From: Rhynchobatus australiae
Taxonomy: Eukaryota
DNA: 64,000 nucleotides
Direction of reading: 5' to 3'
Assembly: GCA_034780895.1 (NCBI GenBank)
Contig: JAUZTB010000070.1
Span: forward strand, 13,896,455-13,960,454
Notes under the pieces: generated by a model
Told to the model about the DNA's origin: nothing
Databases searched by the model: none
Seen by the model: only the letters and a program-made list of their open reading frames with translations
Translations under genes and position numbers: made by a program
Part shown: in pieces, positions 1 through 12,789 of the stretch
How the letters are laid out: every line of letters starts with the position of its first letter
Numbering within the stretch: position 1 is the stretch's first letter

Positions 1-125
1 ACACAACCAGGCTCAGTGCCAGAGACCTGGTCACTGTGGCTTTCCCCTGGTAGGTAGTTTTTTTTTACCACCAACCCCCCCCCCCAGAGAGTATCCAAAG
101 CAGTATACCTGTTATTCAGAAATAT
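1..125 (-). mobile_element. CR1 LINE ORF1 fragment
   Basis: Minus strand reads LNNRYTALDT...LPGESHSDQVSGTEPG, resembling CR1 ORF1; related to the segment near 29200-29250. Confidence 0.5.
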
Positions 126-1008
126 CATTGTGTCAGAAATGCTGAAATGTGAATTCACAAGTTGGGATGAAGATATGACTCGCACCAGAAAATGTATGAT
201 GCAAGGCTTTGGAACCATAGTTGAATACGAAGCATAATGTTGAATGTTAAGGGGTATGAAATGTTAAGAACCATAGAGTTTATAGCTATCTGTTGTGCTT
301 TTTGCTAGCTAATGCAAAACTAACCCTATTGTCCACTGTTCCTTTGTTTCTCTATCATGCTGATTTTCCAGTACCTCTACAAATTTACCTTAAAAATATT
401 TCTCCCTAACTAGTACTTGTTGTGAAGCTTGAGTACCAAGATGTGGCCCAGCAGCAATGAAGGAAGGATGATATATTTCCATGTCAGAATGAAATATGTA
501 TGATTTGGAGAGGAGCTTCAAGATGTATCAACTGCTTTTATTTCAGGTGGAGCAAAGGTGGGCTGCTGGAGACTGTTTAGCAAGTTGCTTAGTGCATTTT
601 CTAGATGCCGTAACCATGGCTCACTAGTGGTGGAGGGAATAAATATTTAAGATAGGTGCCAGTTATTCTCAATTTTCCATTGAAACATAGCAAAAGCAGA
701 CTTGGTGTTTTGTGATTTTGCTCTAATTTGGGCAAATTTGATTATATTTTGCTCCAACCAATTTTGAATTCCCATGTTACACAGGTACTCCCATTTATGC
801 CTACATAATTTCATAAAATGCTTAACATTTCCCAAGCCACTGAGCTACCAGATGGGGCCTCCATTGCAGCACTTTCAGCCCTATAGTGGGGTTTAGCTCT
901 AGTGTAATGCTACTTTGTGTCCAAGCAATTATGTTGTTCAATCTAATGTTACAACTTAAAAGTATTTGTAATAACTGAATTGATTTAAGTGTACTTCTAT
1001 GTTCACAG

Positions 1009-1104
1009 CCGCAAGGGATAGGTGAGCCTAGTGTCTACCATGCGGTGATTGTAATCTTTTTGGAGTTCTTTGCGTGGGGATTATTGACAACTCCTATGTT
1101 AACT
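1009..1104 (+). CDS. MFSD14A: MFSD14/HIAT1-family MFS transporter, coding exon 2 (first exon in window)
   Basis: ttcacag|CCG...ACT|gtgagt; 96 nt encoding PQGIGEPSVYHAVIVIFLEFFAWGLLTTPMLT, the HIAT1 TM1 region. The symbol is family-level; see the paralogue finding. Confidence 0.95.
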
Positions 1105-2069
1105 GTGAGTATAATCTATACCATTGCATTTCATTAAAATGGTGCCCCACCCACATTCGGTGGGTAAATTCACGATGTAAATAGTGTACATGACACAGAT
1201 CATCAGATTTCTCAGCTCTGCACTCACTGTACCATTTAGCTGTGCTGTGACACTTGGAAAGTTCACAACCAGCCAGCTAGCAATCCCAACCAAAGCTCTC
1301 GCAGGAAGGATGACTAGTTATATAAGTGCTGATGGGCTGTAGGTTCCTGCAGAACTTTACACTGCGTGAAACTCCAGAGGTGACAACAGGCAGCAAAAAA
1401 TAGTGTCAATTGTATGTCAAATTTCATAACACAAGTCAGTGATTCTGGTTCATAAATGAAATTATTACAGGTGTATTATTGAGGAGATAATTCAAAAAGA
1501 ATAGATTTGCATTGGTTTGTGAAATGTAAACTAACTTTAATCTCAAGTTTATACACTTGGAGTACCGCTTGCTATGTATTGCCAAAATGCTCCAGTGCAA
1601 TTGTGCATGATGGGTTTTCCAAATCTTTCAGTGATGAATGCGATGTCCTTATGTACCAGTTTGTAACTTAAGATCTTCCCACTTCTGATTGTTTCGCTGC
1701 GACCTCTGCTTAAAAAGTGAGTGATGTCTGGATGAAGCAGCAGTTTGTTGTGGTGCATTTTCACTAACACCCATCCCTATAACCCACCATTGATTCTTGG
1801 ACAAAGCGTTATCTAATAATACTTCCAAAAAGACTGGATGGAGAAATATTTGTCANNNNNNNNNNNNNNNNNNNNNNNNNNNNNNNNNNNNNNNNNNNNN
1901 NNNNNNNNNNNNNNNNNNNNNNNNNNNNNNNNNNNNNNNNNNNNNNNNNNNNNNNNNNNNNNNNNNNNNNNNNNCTCCCCCCGCGGCCCCCCCCCCATTT
2001 AAAAAAAAACTATCTCTGAATATTACCACTTTCATTAGGTTTCAAATTGCTAATTTTAACTATTTACTC

Positions 2070-2200
2070 TTTCCACGAATGCTGCATGACTATTTCCAGG
2101 ATTCGTTTTTATTTCAGACTTTCAGCACCTGCAGTACATCATTTTTGTCTGTTGCAAAATATTGCAGATACTGGAAAAATGCTAAAATGTTTCAGATCAG
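2070..2200. mobile_element. Penelope-derived terminal-repeat fragments in inverted arrangement (intron 2)
   Basis: tttttatttcagactttcagcacctgcagtac followed by aaaatattgcagatactggaaaaatgc; same family as 17860, 31545 and 44865. Confidence 0.55.
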
Positions 2201-2547
2201 TATATTTTGTTGCTCTCACTATCATGTTCTAGACTTTGCAGAATCTCTTCAGTCATTATTTGATTAAAGCTCTTGCTTTCTGTGATGAAATATTATATCT
2301 GTATTACTTAGACTGTATCTTCTCTGATATGTTGCATTCATACAAACAATGGCAGCACCAGAGTAATTTATTCTCCTAGTCAATGTGGCAGGCATTAGTA
2401 GCTTTTCTGCAGTCTGGAAGAGGCCATTGCCTTGCTAGATTGGCACTAGCACCTTACCTAAGCAGGTTAGCAAAGGGTTCTCAGCTGACTTCTAATTTTG
2501 TAATCCTACAAAACAATTTCAACGCATAACATTTAGTTTTTCTTCAG

Positions 2548-2610
2548 GTTTTACACCAGACGTTTCCTCAGCATACATTTCTAATGAATGGACTTATTCA
2601 TGGGGTGAAG
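2548..2610 (+). CDS. MFSD14A: MFSD14/HIAT1 exon 3
   Basis: tcttcag|GTT...AAG|gtaaga; 63 nt, VLHQTFPQHTFLMNGLIHGVK. Confidence 0.95.
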
Positions 2611-3599
2611 GTAAGAGAATTCAGTCGCATAGCTTGAAGCAAAATCTGTTCCAATTGATATACGTAGGTAATGGAGACACTCCTTGCCTTGAACCAGCAA
2701 CATTATTTCTGTTAGCTTGTACAGTGGAATTCTGAAACCACTCCTATTAGCACATCTATAAAGAGAAGCAATGTGAGAAATCAGAGATGACAGCAAATAT
2801 TGGATGTTTTGAAATTTGATTTTGAGAGTGTAGGCAAGAAAGTCAGTTTAATATTATGACCCTTGTTTCAGAAGGTGTCTCATACTATACAATTTTAGCC
2901 ATTTGTTTTGGTTCATTTGTCGGTTTGCGAAACTTGCCTAAGTGGATTAACCAGTTGCAATTTGCTGATATCTCCTGATTACTGGTGGTATTACATATGG
3001 GGCAGTCAGCCACCAGTTATGCAAAGTAGGCATTCATCAACAGCTGACTTTTTAAGTGTTTTTAATATCACTTGTCGTAATCTGTTCCTGTTGATGCACT
3101 ATTACTAGTTGTACCTCTGTTATACAGACTGCAGTGGCTCAGGAAGATCAGATCCATTTTCTAGGCTTTAGTAATAGAAAATAATGCTTGCCTTCCAAAG
3201 AATTCCATCCCAACAGAACACTAAATACAAAATACTTGTTTTCTGATAAAGCATGGAAATTCACTATTCATCTGCTTAACAGGATGATGCAAGATCCTTT
3301 CAGTAAAAAAAAATTGCTTTTAAAAAGATTTATTCTGGAGCTTGATTAACTGAAGTGAGCTACAATTGATGCCCTTGGCAATCTTAGCATGAATCTAATT
3401 TCAACCATTTGGCTTTCCCTTGTAGCCAGGTCAGTAATTCTGCTCATCACTAATAGGCTGAATGTGAAAAGTATTTCAGACTTTTTGGGTTAGCTATCTC
3501 TGAAGCATCACTTTTTCCACTTGTCAGTTGATCCTTTATGTATTTTGGGCATTGTTTTTATTTTAAATTCCTAATACTCTGAGGATTTTTGATATCTAG

Positions 3600-4140
3600 A
3601 AAACAGTTTATCCTAATAAAGCCACTGTACTTGCTCTTGTGTGTTGCTTTGTCTGACAAAGCCATTGCAAGTATGTGTGTTTTCTGTACATGAGTATGCA
3701 GTTTTGGTATGTCTGATAAATCCACTATGTGAGTGTATTCTGTGAATGGTTAAGCCATTTTTAATTTCTGACAAAGCCTCTGTTTTGGTTAGTTTGGCAA
3801 ATTTGCTGCATGCTTGTACTCTGTGCCTGTGTGTTTTGGTTTGTGTGCATTTTGTTTATTGCATGTGAATGTTTTCATTTATTTGACAAAACTGCATATG
3901 TTTTTGCAGACCAAGCAGTTCTTTGTGTTTTGGATAGTTTCATAAGTTGCTGAAAGTGTTCTGTGCCCACATACTCTGCCTCATCTGATGACAAAGTTGC
4001 TGTTTCATTTGTTCTATGCAGGAATATTTTGGTTAGTTTGACAAAGCTGCTGCTTGGGTGGGATTCTGTGCATGTGTTTTTGTTTCAAACTGATTGCCTG
4101 ATGGTGTGTTCTGTGTGCACAAATGTGTTGTGGTTTCTAA
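3600..4140. repeat. Degenerate TG-rich minisatellite in intron 3
   Basis: Recurring core TTTTGGTTAGTTTGACAAAGC/GTCTGACAAAGCC...TTCTGTGCATGTG at irregular spacing, often ~50-60 bp. Confidence 0.6.
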
Positions 4141-4160
4141 TGCCTTGTTTTGATCTGCAG

Positions 4161-4288
4161 GGAATATTATCATTTCTCAGTGCTCCTCTCATTGGAGCAT
4201 TGTCGGATGTTTGGGGCAGGAAATCCTTTCTTCTCTTAACTGTGTTCTTCACCTGTGCCCCGATTCCTCTCATGCGAATAAGTCCCTG
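4161..4288 (+). CDS. MFSD14A: MFSD14/HIAT1 exon 4 (MFS motif A)
   Basis: tctgcag|GGA...TG|gtgagt; 128 nt, GILSFLSAPLIGALSDVWGRKSFLLLTVFFTCAPIPLMRISP(W). GALSDVWGRK is MFS motif A. Confidence 0.97.
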
Positions 4289-4872
4289 GTGAGTGTCTGC
4301 AAGTTGCTGCATTACACCATTTATTGTTGCAGAGTCTCCATGTAAGACGTTTTAGGAGATTTCTAAGCTGTGATAAGTTATGTGGTGATTCAGACACTAA
4401 AAACCAATGAGAATTTATCCTGCACTTCAAAGGGCTACATCGCAAAATGGTGAGGTCCAGAATTCTTTGCAGTGAGTTCCTAATCTTACCTTGACCTACT
4501 AGGGCTGTGTTTCCTAGTTCACCATTTACCACAAGATATTTCAGTTTAAATTGAGCCTACTGCCTGGGTGTTGAACCCCTTTTTGTGGGGGGGGAAAAAA
4601 ACTTTCAAGTTGATATAGTTGAAGTTTTAACATTTGTGATTGTGGTTGTCAAATTGACCTGGGTAAAGTGGATCATGATCTCTACCTATGCCAGTGGGCA
4701 GTAGTTGGGAGCTTCAATCATGTCTCTTTGGCATAGTACAAAGTAATGTAATTACAAGGGTTTTTTAGTTGTGAATATACAATGTACTACTGATCTGAAT
4801 ATTAAGTAACATGTTTTTTCTTTAGAGTTCCAGTATTCAATGAATTGTGTGTTCTTGTACTATTTTCTTCAG

Positions 4873-4987
4873 GTGGTATTTTGCAGTGATTTCCATGTCT
4901 GGAGTATTTGCAGTCACGTTTTCAGTGATCTTTGCCTACGTAGCAGATATAACTCAGGAGCATGAGAGGAGCACAGCTTATGGACTT
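4873..4987 (+). CDS. MFSD14A: MFSD14/HIAT1 exon 5
   Basis: tcttcag|G TGG...CTT|gtaagt; 115 nt, WYFAVISMSGVFAVTFSVIFAYVADITQEHERSTAYGL; phase matches exon 4. Confidence 0.96.
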
Positions 4988-6399
4988 GTAAGTGTCAAAA
5001 CCATAGTTTAAAAGTAAGATTTCCTATTCCACTGTGTGGACTTGCTTGTGTTCTCAACCACCAACAATCTTTGACTAATCATTATTATTGAAAATTAAAC
5101 ACCTCTTTAGCAATGAATAAGACGTACCATTTTACAAGGACTCTTCCTGCCTACTGCCCTTCCAAGTTGGAAAGTTTTGTATCCATAGAATCCTGAAGCT
5201 TGTAGCACAGTAGCTCATTCAGCCCCTTATGCCTTCATTGATTGAGTTGTTTTATTTTTTGTCTGTTCCTCTTGCCTGCACAGCTCCAATTAAAGTTATT
5301 TTTGAAATAGGTTTACGCACCTCTTTCAGATCCTTACAACCAAGTGACTAAATTTCCCCATGTCGTCTTCTCTCTTATCAATGATAAGACAAATTATCTG
5401 ATTGCTGATTTCCTCAGCAAAGTAATTTTTCTCCATTGATTCTATCAAAATCTCTTCTCTTCTATCTTGAAAACCTCTTGGGGTCACCAATTTTTGTTCC
5501 ATTGAGAACACTCCTAACTCTTGCAACCTTCTCACAGAACTGACTGCCAGCAACATAGAACATTATGTAGACAAAAGTTTCCAAAGGGTTCTTGGGTGTG
5601 CCATACTTTGCATGAGACACTAAACCATAGTTCCATCTCTATTCTGATTCTCTGGCATTACTTGAAGAGTAGGAAATTCTTTCCAATGTCCTACTTGGCG
5701 ATCCTCCATTAATCAACACGAGCAACAGATTAGCTGTCAATTGCCTCCTCTGTTCTGTGGCACATTGTTAACTGGCTGAAACACCTGAGATATTCAGTGT
5801 GATTCACCATTGTATAATTGGAAATGTTATTGATTTATTGAATTTAATTTGGAGTGGCTAGGTTTGGTCAAAACTGTACAGCTGTATTAACTGTACACAT
5901 TCATAGGGATAGTTGTCCATCAATAAACCTGATCTAATTCAGCTTTCCTCTTATTTCCAGTCAATGATTTTATTAGTTTTCCAGTTTATTCTGGCATTTG
6001 AAGTCTTCTGTTTTGCCATTGAAAAGAAGTTGAATGTTATTTAGTGTGACCAAAAATATTCATTCAACCTCTGCTTGCTTCCTTTGAAAATGCTATTGAC
6101 CACCTGATATATTAAAGTATGTTATTTATTAGCTCCTGCAGCCTCCTCGTTACATTTCTGCTCCTTTTTAGGAACTGCTGTTCGGCATCTGAGACTGGAT
6201 TGGTTGTTGGAATAGCACACAACTTCACTGCCATAACTGTAACTGCCTAGGGTGTATTTGATGAGACAGTGTGCTCGAGCTTTACTTTGTATCTACCGGT
6301 GCTAATTTCATCCATGCATATTTTAAATTGGTTGAAGTGTGAAGTCTGAATTCAGTTCACCCAACTTCAAAAACACATTTATTATTCTTCAAGCTGGAT

Positions 6400-6921
6400 A
6401 GCCAGAAGTAGTGGAGAATGATGGTGAATAAGGAGCTGAAAGAACATTTTTTTAAAGTAGTATTGAACAAATTAATGTGGCTGTGGTGATGAAGATATTG
6501 GATACTCTGGTTGCCCTTCTAAAATTCCAAAGATTCCAGGATAGTTCTGTCAATTTGAAGGTAGAAAATGTAATTCACCTGAGTTAATCTGACATTAGTA
6601 ACTTGAAAATGAATGAAAATATTAGTAAGGAGGTAATAGCAGGGCATTTAGAACAGGATTGTGCAAAAATCAGCATGGATTTGTGAAAGAGCAATCATGT
6701 CTGATTAATCTGAAAAAATCCAACCGGTTAAACTACCAGAATAATTGAGGGTGAATCAGTGAATGTGGTGTATTTGGACTTTAAGGCTTTCATTAAAATG
6801 CTGCATAAGGTTATTACACAAAATTAAAAGCACATTTGGATTGGGTATAATATACAGCTGTGGAATGATGTTGGGTTAACAGACAGAAAATGGAGGGGAT
6901 AAACAGGTTGCTTTAGAGCTG
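6400..6921 (+). mobile_element. CR1 LINE ORF2 (RT) fragment
   Basis: Decayed QHGFVK..SCLINL and VVYLDF.KAF motifs; runs into an N gap. Confidence 0.75.
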
Positions 6922-7509
6922 NNNNNNNNNNNNNNNNNNNNNNNNNNNNNNNNNNNNNNNNNNNNNNNNNNNNNNNNNNNNNNNNNNNNNNNNNNNNNNN
7001 NNNNNNNNNNNNNNNNNNNNNTCCCTTTAAGAAGCATTATCACAAAGGGATGCCATGAAAACTGGTGGAGTGATAGTGGAAAAATGGGAGATGGAGTAAA
7101 AGAAGTGAGTCACGGCTTGTAGGTCTTCAGATGGGCCTCTCCCATCCCCAAAGCACATGGAGAGGACAGTGGCAGCACTGGGGCCACGGATTAGGGCATC
7201 TGGGATCTATCAGTGGGCAAATGCATCGAAGTGTACTCAGGAATGCAGACAATGAAATGTATTTTATTTAGCATTGACCAAAAGAGTTTACAAAATATAA
7301 AAACATTAATCCAAACAGGGGCACTCTAGATCACACGATTCACTACTTTTTATATCATGTTCTCCCAGCTTTGTTGTGAGTTATAAATAAAGGTTGCAGG
7401 TTGCTCCAATTTTCCTCCAATTTCTCTTGGTAAGTAATTGATGGGTTTGGCTCAAGTTGATGATGTCATCATGTGTGCGACATAAGAGGGGGATATGAAG
7501 CAGGAAACC

Positions 7510-8915
7510 TCCTGGAAATAACTGTGAACCACAGGTCAGAAGTAAATGAGGAGCTCAAAAAAGGTCGTGTTACTGACTGAAAAACTAGTATTGCAAAAAC
7601 TATTGGGGCAAAAGGTAAACAATCCTCATAACCTGCTGACTTGCAACTGAGGATTTTGAAATAGTTGTTGCACTACTTATCATCTTTCTAAATTCTGTAG
7701 ATTCTACAATATTTCCCCGAGTTTGGAAGGCAGCAAATGTAACCCTTGTATTTAAGAAAAACATAAAACCATTAACTAGTTAGCATAACATATGTAGTAG
7801 GGAAAATCCTGGAATCTANNNNNNNNNNATTGGGCAAAGTCAACATGGACATTTGAAAGGGAAATCCTGTTTGATAACGCCTTTGAAACTTTTTTACATT
7901 TATATCTAATAGAATTGATGACAGGCCTGTTGATGTGATATAATTAAGACTTTTTGAAAGCCTTTGAAAAGATGCCACACAAGATTAATAAACAAATTTA
8001 GAGCAGTTGGTGTTTGGGGTATTACACTAATATGGAGGGAGGATTGGACAAAAATATGGTAGGAATAAATAGGTCATATTTAGGTTGGCATGTCGTGAGT
8101 TGAGGGGTGTATCGGCTATTCCCAATCTAAATCAGTGATGTGGATGAGCATATCTAGGTATTAAGTTTGCTTATGAAATTGAGTGGTTGTTAGGATTAAC
8201 GAGTGCAGTGAGACTAAGAGAATATAGATTAAGTGAATGGGCAAGGACCTGCTAGGGAGAATACAAGGTAGAAAAGTATGAACGCATCCGTTTTTCATCC
8301 AATCCAAAAGAAACGGGAAGGTGGAGTATTTTAAATGAGCAATTGAAAGATTCTGATGTTCAAAGGGACCTGGATGTCTGAATCTCAGTTCATATGCATA
8401 CAGTAATTAAGGTCTACTGTTTATTGGAAAAAGGTTTGAGTAGAGAGTAAAGACTTCTACTATATATGGCCCTAGTAAACTCATGCCCGCAATATTCTTT
8501 ATAGGTTTCCCTATCTAAGGAAAGATATACCTGCAATAGGAGTGCAACAAAGATTCATTGGATTGATTTCTGGGCTGGGAGCTGTGTCATAGGGGAGGGT
8601 GTTAAGTAGTTGGCATACTCTCTAGAGATTGGAAAGATGGGAGGTGATCTCGGTGAAAGATATAAAATTCTAATGGGGCTTGATAAGATAAATGCAGGAA
8701 TGATGTTTCCCTTGGTGAGTTGTCCAGAGCCAGGAGTAAATCTCAAAATGATAGGCTGGCCAGTCAGGGCAGAGATGAAGGTTTTTTCATCTTCAGCATC
8801 AAACTTCTTCACCCATGAAACAAAGGTTCATTTGTGGAATATATTCAAGACGTGCATAAAATTAGTGTTTAAAAAAAATTGTTCTTACTGAATGGTGGAG
8901 CAGACATGAAGGAAT
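7510..8915 (+). mobile_element. CR1 LINE RT and 3' region, decayed
   Basis: Decayed ANVTLVFKK, SQHGHLKGKSCL, DF.KAF..MPH and KFA(Y)-like motifs, then CR1 C-terminal sequence (RMGGDL..YKILMGLDK) and tail. Confidence 0.8.
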
Positions 8916-8971
8916 GATTGTCCTCCTATTTTTTACGTGAAGTGGACTCAAACATTTTCTCCCAACTGCAG

Positions 8972-9190
8972 GTATCTGCAACATTTGCAGCTAGTCTTGT
9001 GACCAGCCCGGCTATTGGAGCATACTTGTCGAGGGCATATGGAGATAACTTGGTGGTAGTTCTTGCCACTGCCATTGCCTTGCTGGACATCTGTTTTATT
9101 CTCGTGGCTGTGCCAGAATCTTTACCAGAGAAGATGAGGCCCGCTTCTTGGGGTGCGCCAATTTCATGGGAACAGGCTGATCCTTTTGCA
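8972..9190 (+). CDS. MFSD14A: MFSD14/HIAT1 exon 6
   Basis: actgcag|GTA...GCA|gtaagt; 219 nt, VSATFAASLVTSPAIGAYLS...PESLPEKMRPASWGAPISWEQADPFA. Confidence 0.97.
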
Positions 9191-9715
9191 GTAAGTATCT
9201 GAATGCATTCACTAGCCTATCCAAATGCATGGGTTCTTAAAATATTCCTTTACCTTACCATTTTGCTTGCCTAAACTACTTGCACATCTTCAATAACTGA
9301 ATGAGGACATGTCCAATTTGCTGCCTCTTTGAAATACTTTAGGTATTCTCATCATCCCCCAATCCACAAAAAAAAAAGTTCCTGTTAATCCATTTGCCTT
9401 TGGGAGCTTGTTTGGCCTCTTGGCACTCTAAGAAGGGAAAGTGGTATGTTGTGTCTATGTGGGTGATATTTAAGCATCCTATGCGCTTAGACTCTGAGTT
9501 GTTAAGTGATTTTTATTTTGACAAGTATGTTTTTGGGAGTGGGGGCTGGAAATGGGGAAAGAAGTGTGCAAGATGCTGATTTGAGTGCAATTGATATTTG
9601 TAACCCTACTCCCAGTAATTTTGAAATTCATGTGGAGTAGTGAAGGACAGAATGTCTTTCGGCTCAGTTTGTCAGTTTCACTGAGTTGTATTTCTCCCTT
9701 CCCATTTTGTTCCAG

Positions 9716-9829
9716 TCTCTGAAGAAAGTGGGTCAGGATTCAACTGTTCTGCTGATCTGTATTACAGTATTTCTATCGTACCTGCCTGAAGCAGGCCAGT
9801 ATTCCAGCTTCTTTCTTTATCTCAGACAG
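9716..9829 (+). CDS. MFSD14A: MFSD14/HIAT1 exon 7
   Basis: gttccag|TCT...CAG|gtaaag; 114 nt, SLKKVGQDSTVLLICITVFLSYLPEAGQYSSFFLYLRQ. Confidence 0.96.
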
Positions 9830-10729
9830 GTAAAGTAGTCCTATAAGGCTTAAAGTTCTAAGGTTCTTTAACAATAGATTTGTGCACTTAAATGAATTAC
9901 GCATTTTATTTTCTCCCTCATCTCACTGAATCTGTAATTTAGATGCTCCATTTCCCAGGATATACAAGACAGCTTCTCTTGTTGTTCCCCACCTCTTTTT
10001 CCCCTCTGAGGAAATGCACTTGATGGGCTGTCACCATCTCCTTTTCACAGATAATGTGGTTGAAATTGACAGTCCCCACTTAGAAACAGAAAAGCAAGAT
10101 TGCATCCTTGGTCTGCAGCACAGTGTGGCACGTGAACCTTGTGCTTTAAAGCATAGTGTTTCATCAATGGAAGTCTGCTTGCAAACACCTTAAAATAGGT
10201 ATTGGTCACCTTAATTTGTCGAACATATTGAAGTTACTCCACTAACCAACTGGAATGGTGTCAATGTTAAAGCTGGGTTGGAACTAACTATATAACCATG
10301 TATTGGATCAATATGCTTTTATGTTTTTCTTTGGTCTGATTTTCTGATAGCTTGGGAGTCACTTTATTACTAGAAATGGTAAAAGCTCTTTACAAAATGC
10401 ATTAACAAGAATGTAGAGATAAATGGAAAAAACTGAAAATAATCACTAGATCAGACATTAACCATGGAGAGAAACTGAATTAATATTTCAGTTAGTTGAC
10501 CTTCAGAACACAAGTGAGAATTGAGTGCAATGAATTTGAAGTAATGTTTTCAAAAGTACTTGATAATTATTTTGTAAAATTGTTTATTGGTGTTCCATTT
10601 TGCTGGTTTCTCTTTACTATAACATCAATATGTTCAACAGATTAACTTGTGAGCATGTACTGCTTTTTACTGGGTGTGCAGTTTCCAGTTAATGTTGCTG
10701 CTGATGGTCTGTTTAATTGCATTGGCTTA

Positions 10730-11020
10730 GTACAGGAGCTAGCAGCCTCACCTGAGTCGGAAGCTTTGAGGACCAAGACTTGAATTTGAGCTTCAAATCC
10801 AGGCTGAACTTTCAATTTTGATTGCTGAGGGAATGATGGATTAGCACTTTTTGATGAGACTCCATCTGTATAGCTTTATGTAAAATGGCTAATGGCCCCG
10901 ATGGAGAATAGCATCTTGATATCCCGGTTCCACCTTGCTTTCCTGCCTTGGCAAAAACATTGACTGATCAAACATTCTGCTATGGTTTTTAAACCTTTGG
11001 CATTTGAGTGGCTATCGTGT
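10730..11020 (+). mobile_element. Deu-domain SINE (SacSINE1-like) fragment
   Basis: atccaggctga...ctgagggaatg...tttgatgagac; similar to the fuller copy at 54083. Confidence 0.5.
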
Positions 11021-11079
11021 GAAATGATTTGACGTGTACTAAAATCACAGGAGTTCTTCCACAAGTTTTCCCTTTACTC

Positions 11080-11840
11080 AAGGGGTGTTATATGTTACTT
11101 AAAGCATTATAGCAGTTCTCAGAGGATATTGTGCAGGGATGGGCCAATGAGGCTACTTGGTAGAACTTGGGAATAGAAAGGGGTGATTACATTGAGATTT
11201 ATACTAAAGGCCTCTCAGTAGTCAGCTGGAATTAGAAGAACAGATATGCAGGCAAATCTCAGAAGGGTGAAAAGCAATAGGATTGTAATAATGGGAGAAC
11301 TTTCCCAATATTGAGTTGGATGGCCTTAATGCAAGGGGCTTAGATGGGGTGGAATTTTTATTGGTTTACTATTGTCACATTTACTGAGGTACAGTGGAAA
11401 TAATTTTGCATGGTATCAATACAGATCATTTCATCACATCAGTACATCAAAGCAGTACAAAAGAAAAGCAATAACGGAATGAAGAATATAGTGTTAGTTA
11501 CAGAGTGTGCAATGCAGACACGCAATAAGGTAGAAGGCCATGGTGGGGTAGATAGTGAGGTCAAGAGTCCATCTTGTCATATAAAATGTATCCACTAGTG
11601 TTTTTTGAAGCAATGTTTTGAGAATCCTGCTAGGGAAGGGGAAGCAATAGACCTTATGTTGTGGAATATGGATGGGCAAGTGATAAAACTCTGTTCAGGA
11701 ACCCGTTGGGAACAGTGACTATAGTTTGGTAAGCTTTAAGGTAGGTGTAGGAAAAGTTAAGGTTGTCCTCAAAGGCCCTAAACTTGGGGAAGACTGATTT
11801 CTATGGTGTAAGACAGGACTATTGAAAGCAGCTGAAGGAG
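11080..11840 (+). mobile_element. CR1 ORF2 endonuclease fragment interrupted by an antisense Rex/Babar-type 3' end (~11358-11600)
   Basis: VELGNRKG..TLRFY, VIMG.FPNI.W and GNSDYSLVSF motifs flank an insert beginning ttattggtttactattgtcacatttactgaggtacagtgg. Confidence 0.6.
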
Positions 11841-12087
11841 TCCTGATTGTGGAACTTCAAATCGTATGAGGTGGGTGAGCTGGACAGTGTGCAGGTATTT
11901 AAGATATGGATAAATACTCAACTTCAAAGGGGCTAGTGTGTTTATGGATCTAGATGAATGGTGGCAAAGGTTATTTGTGCGGAGTGCAAACACCTATCTA
12001 ATTTTCTGTGCTGCATGTACATGGAAGTTGTGTATTTTTTAAGCCACACAGACCTTGTTCTATTTATTGTGCTTTTCTGTTCTCTAG

Positions 12088-12159
12088 GTAATTGGATTTT
12101 CCTCAGAAACTGTAGCTGCTTTTATTGCAGTTGTGGGAATCCTTTCCATTTTAGCTCAA
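12088..12159 (+). CDS. MFSD14A: MFSD14/HIAT1 exon 8
   Basis: tctctag|GTA...CAA|gtaagt; 72 nt, VIGFSSETVAAFIAVVGILSILAQ. Confidence 0.95.
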
Positions 12160-12347
12160 GTAAGTATTTGCTGCTTGTGAAAGATAGATTTTGAATGAAT
12201 TGTGCTTCCTTGAATATTTAAATCCATTATTGAATGAGGTAATGTCTTGAAGGAAGTGAGGAATTGTGCTGAAGATGTGTTTTCTATCATTGTAATGGTT
12301 GTCTTTTATTGGTCAAATGTTCATTTTCTCCTGTATCTGATTTGCAG

Positions 12348-12460
12348 ACTGTGGTGCTAGGTGTCCTTATGAGGTCAATAGGGCATAAGAACACTATCCT
12401 CTTGGGCCTTGGCTTCCAAATTCTCCAGCTGGCTTGGTATGGTTTTGGGTCCCAGCCCTG
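12348..12460 (+). CDS. MFSD14A: MFSD14/HIAT1 exon 9
   Basis: tttgcag|ACT...TG|gtaagt; 113 nt, TVVLGVLMRSIGHKNTILLGLGFQILQLAWYGFGSQP(W). Confidence 0.96.
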
Positions 12461-12789
12461 GTAAGTTTTTTGTTGTCTATGTTTGCCAATATGCTCTTTG
12501 TAACACAGTAGTTTGTACGTGCTGCATTGTGCATACAAAGAATGATCAGTTTTACCTCAATCTCCATGAAAGATTGAGGCATTTGAGATGTATGTAATAT
12601 ATATATAAAATTCTTGGAAACAGAGGAGATTGAAGGTCAAGAAAGAACAAATGTAAAACTAATGGGGTAGCTCTTCAGTGGCTGCAATCTTGATGAGCCA
12701 AATGACCATTTACTGAAATGATATCAGGTGCATAGAAGATTTTTCTCCATGGAAGAGTAATGTTTGATTATTTCAGTTGCAGATTTTAA

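Noticed and set aside
1-1008. MFSD14 exon 1 and promoter
   Set aside because: No segment encoding the expected basic N-terminus and no CpG island here; exon 1 must lie upstream of the window.
2282-2328. GTGATGA...CTGA box C/D pair in intron 2
   Set aside because: Too short (~47 nt), no terminal stem and no recognisable guide.
6400-8100. Apparent duplication of CR1 RT sequence on both sides of the 100-N gap (possible misassembly)
   Set aside because: The two segments differ substantially, consistent with independent old insertions. The 100-N gaps (6922, 35152, 46426) are probably of unknown true size.
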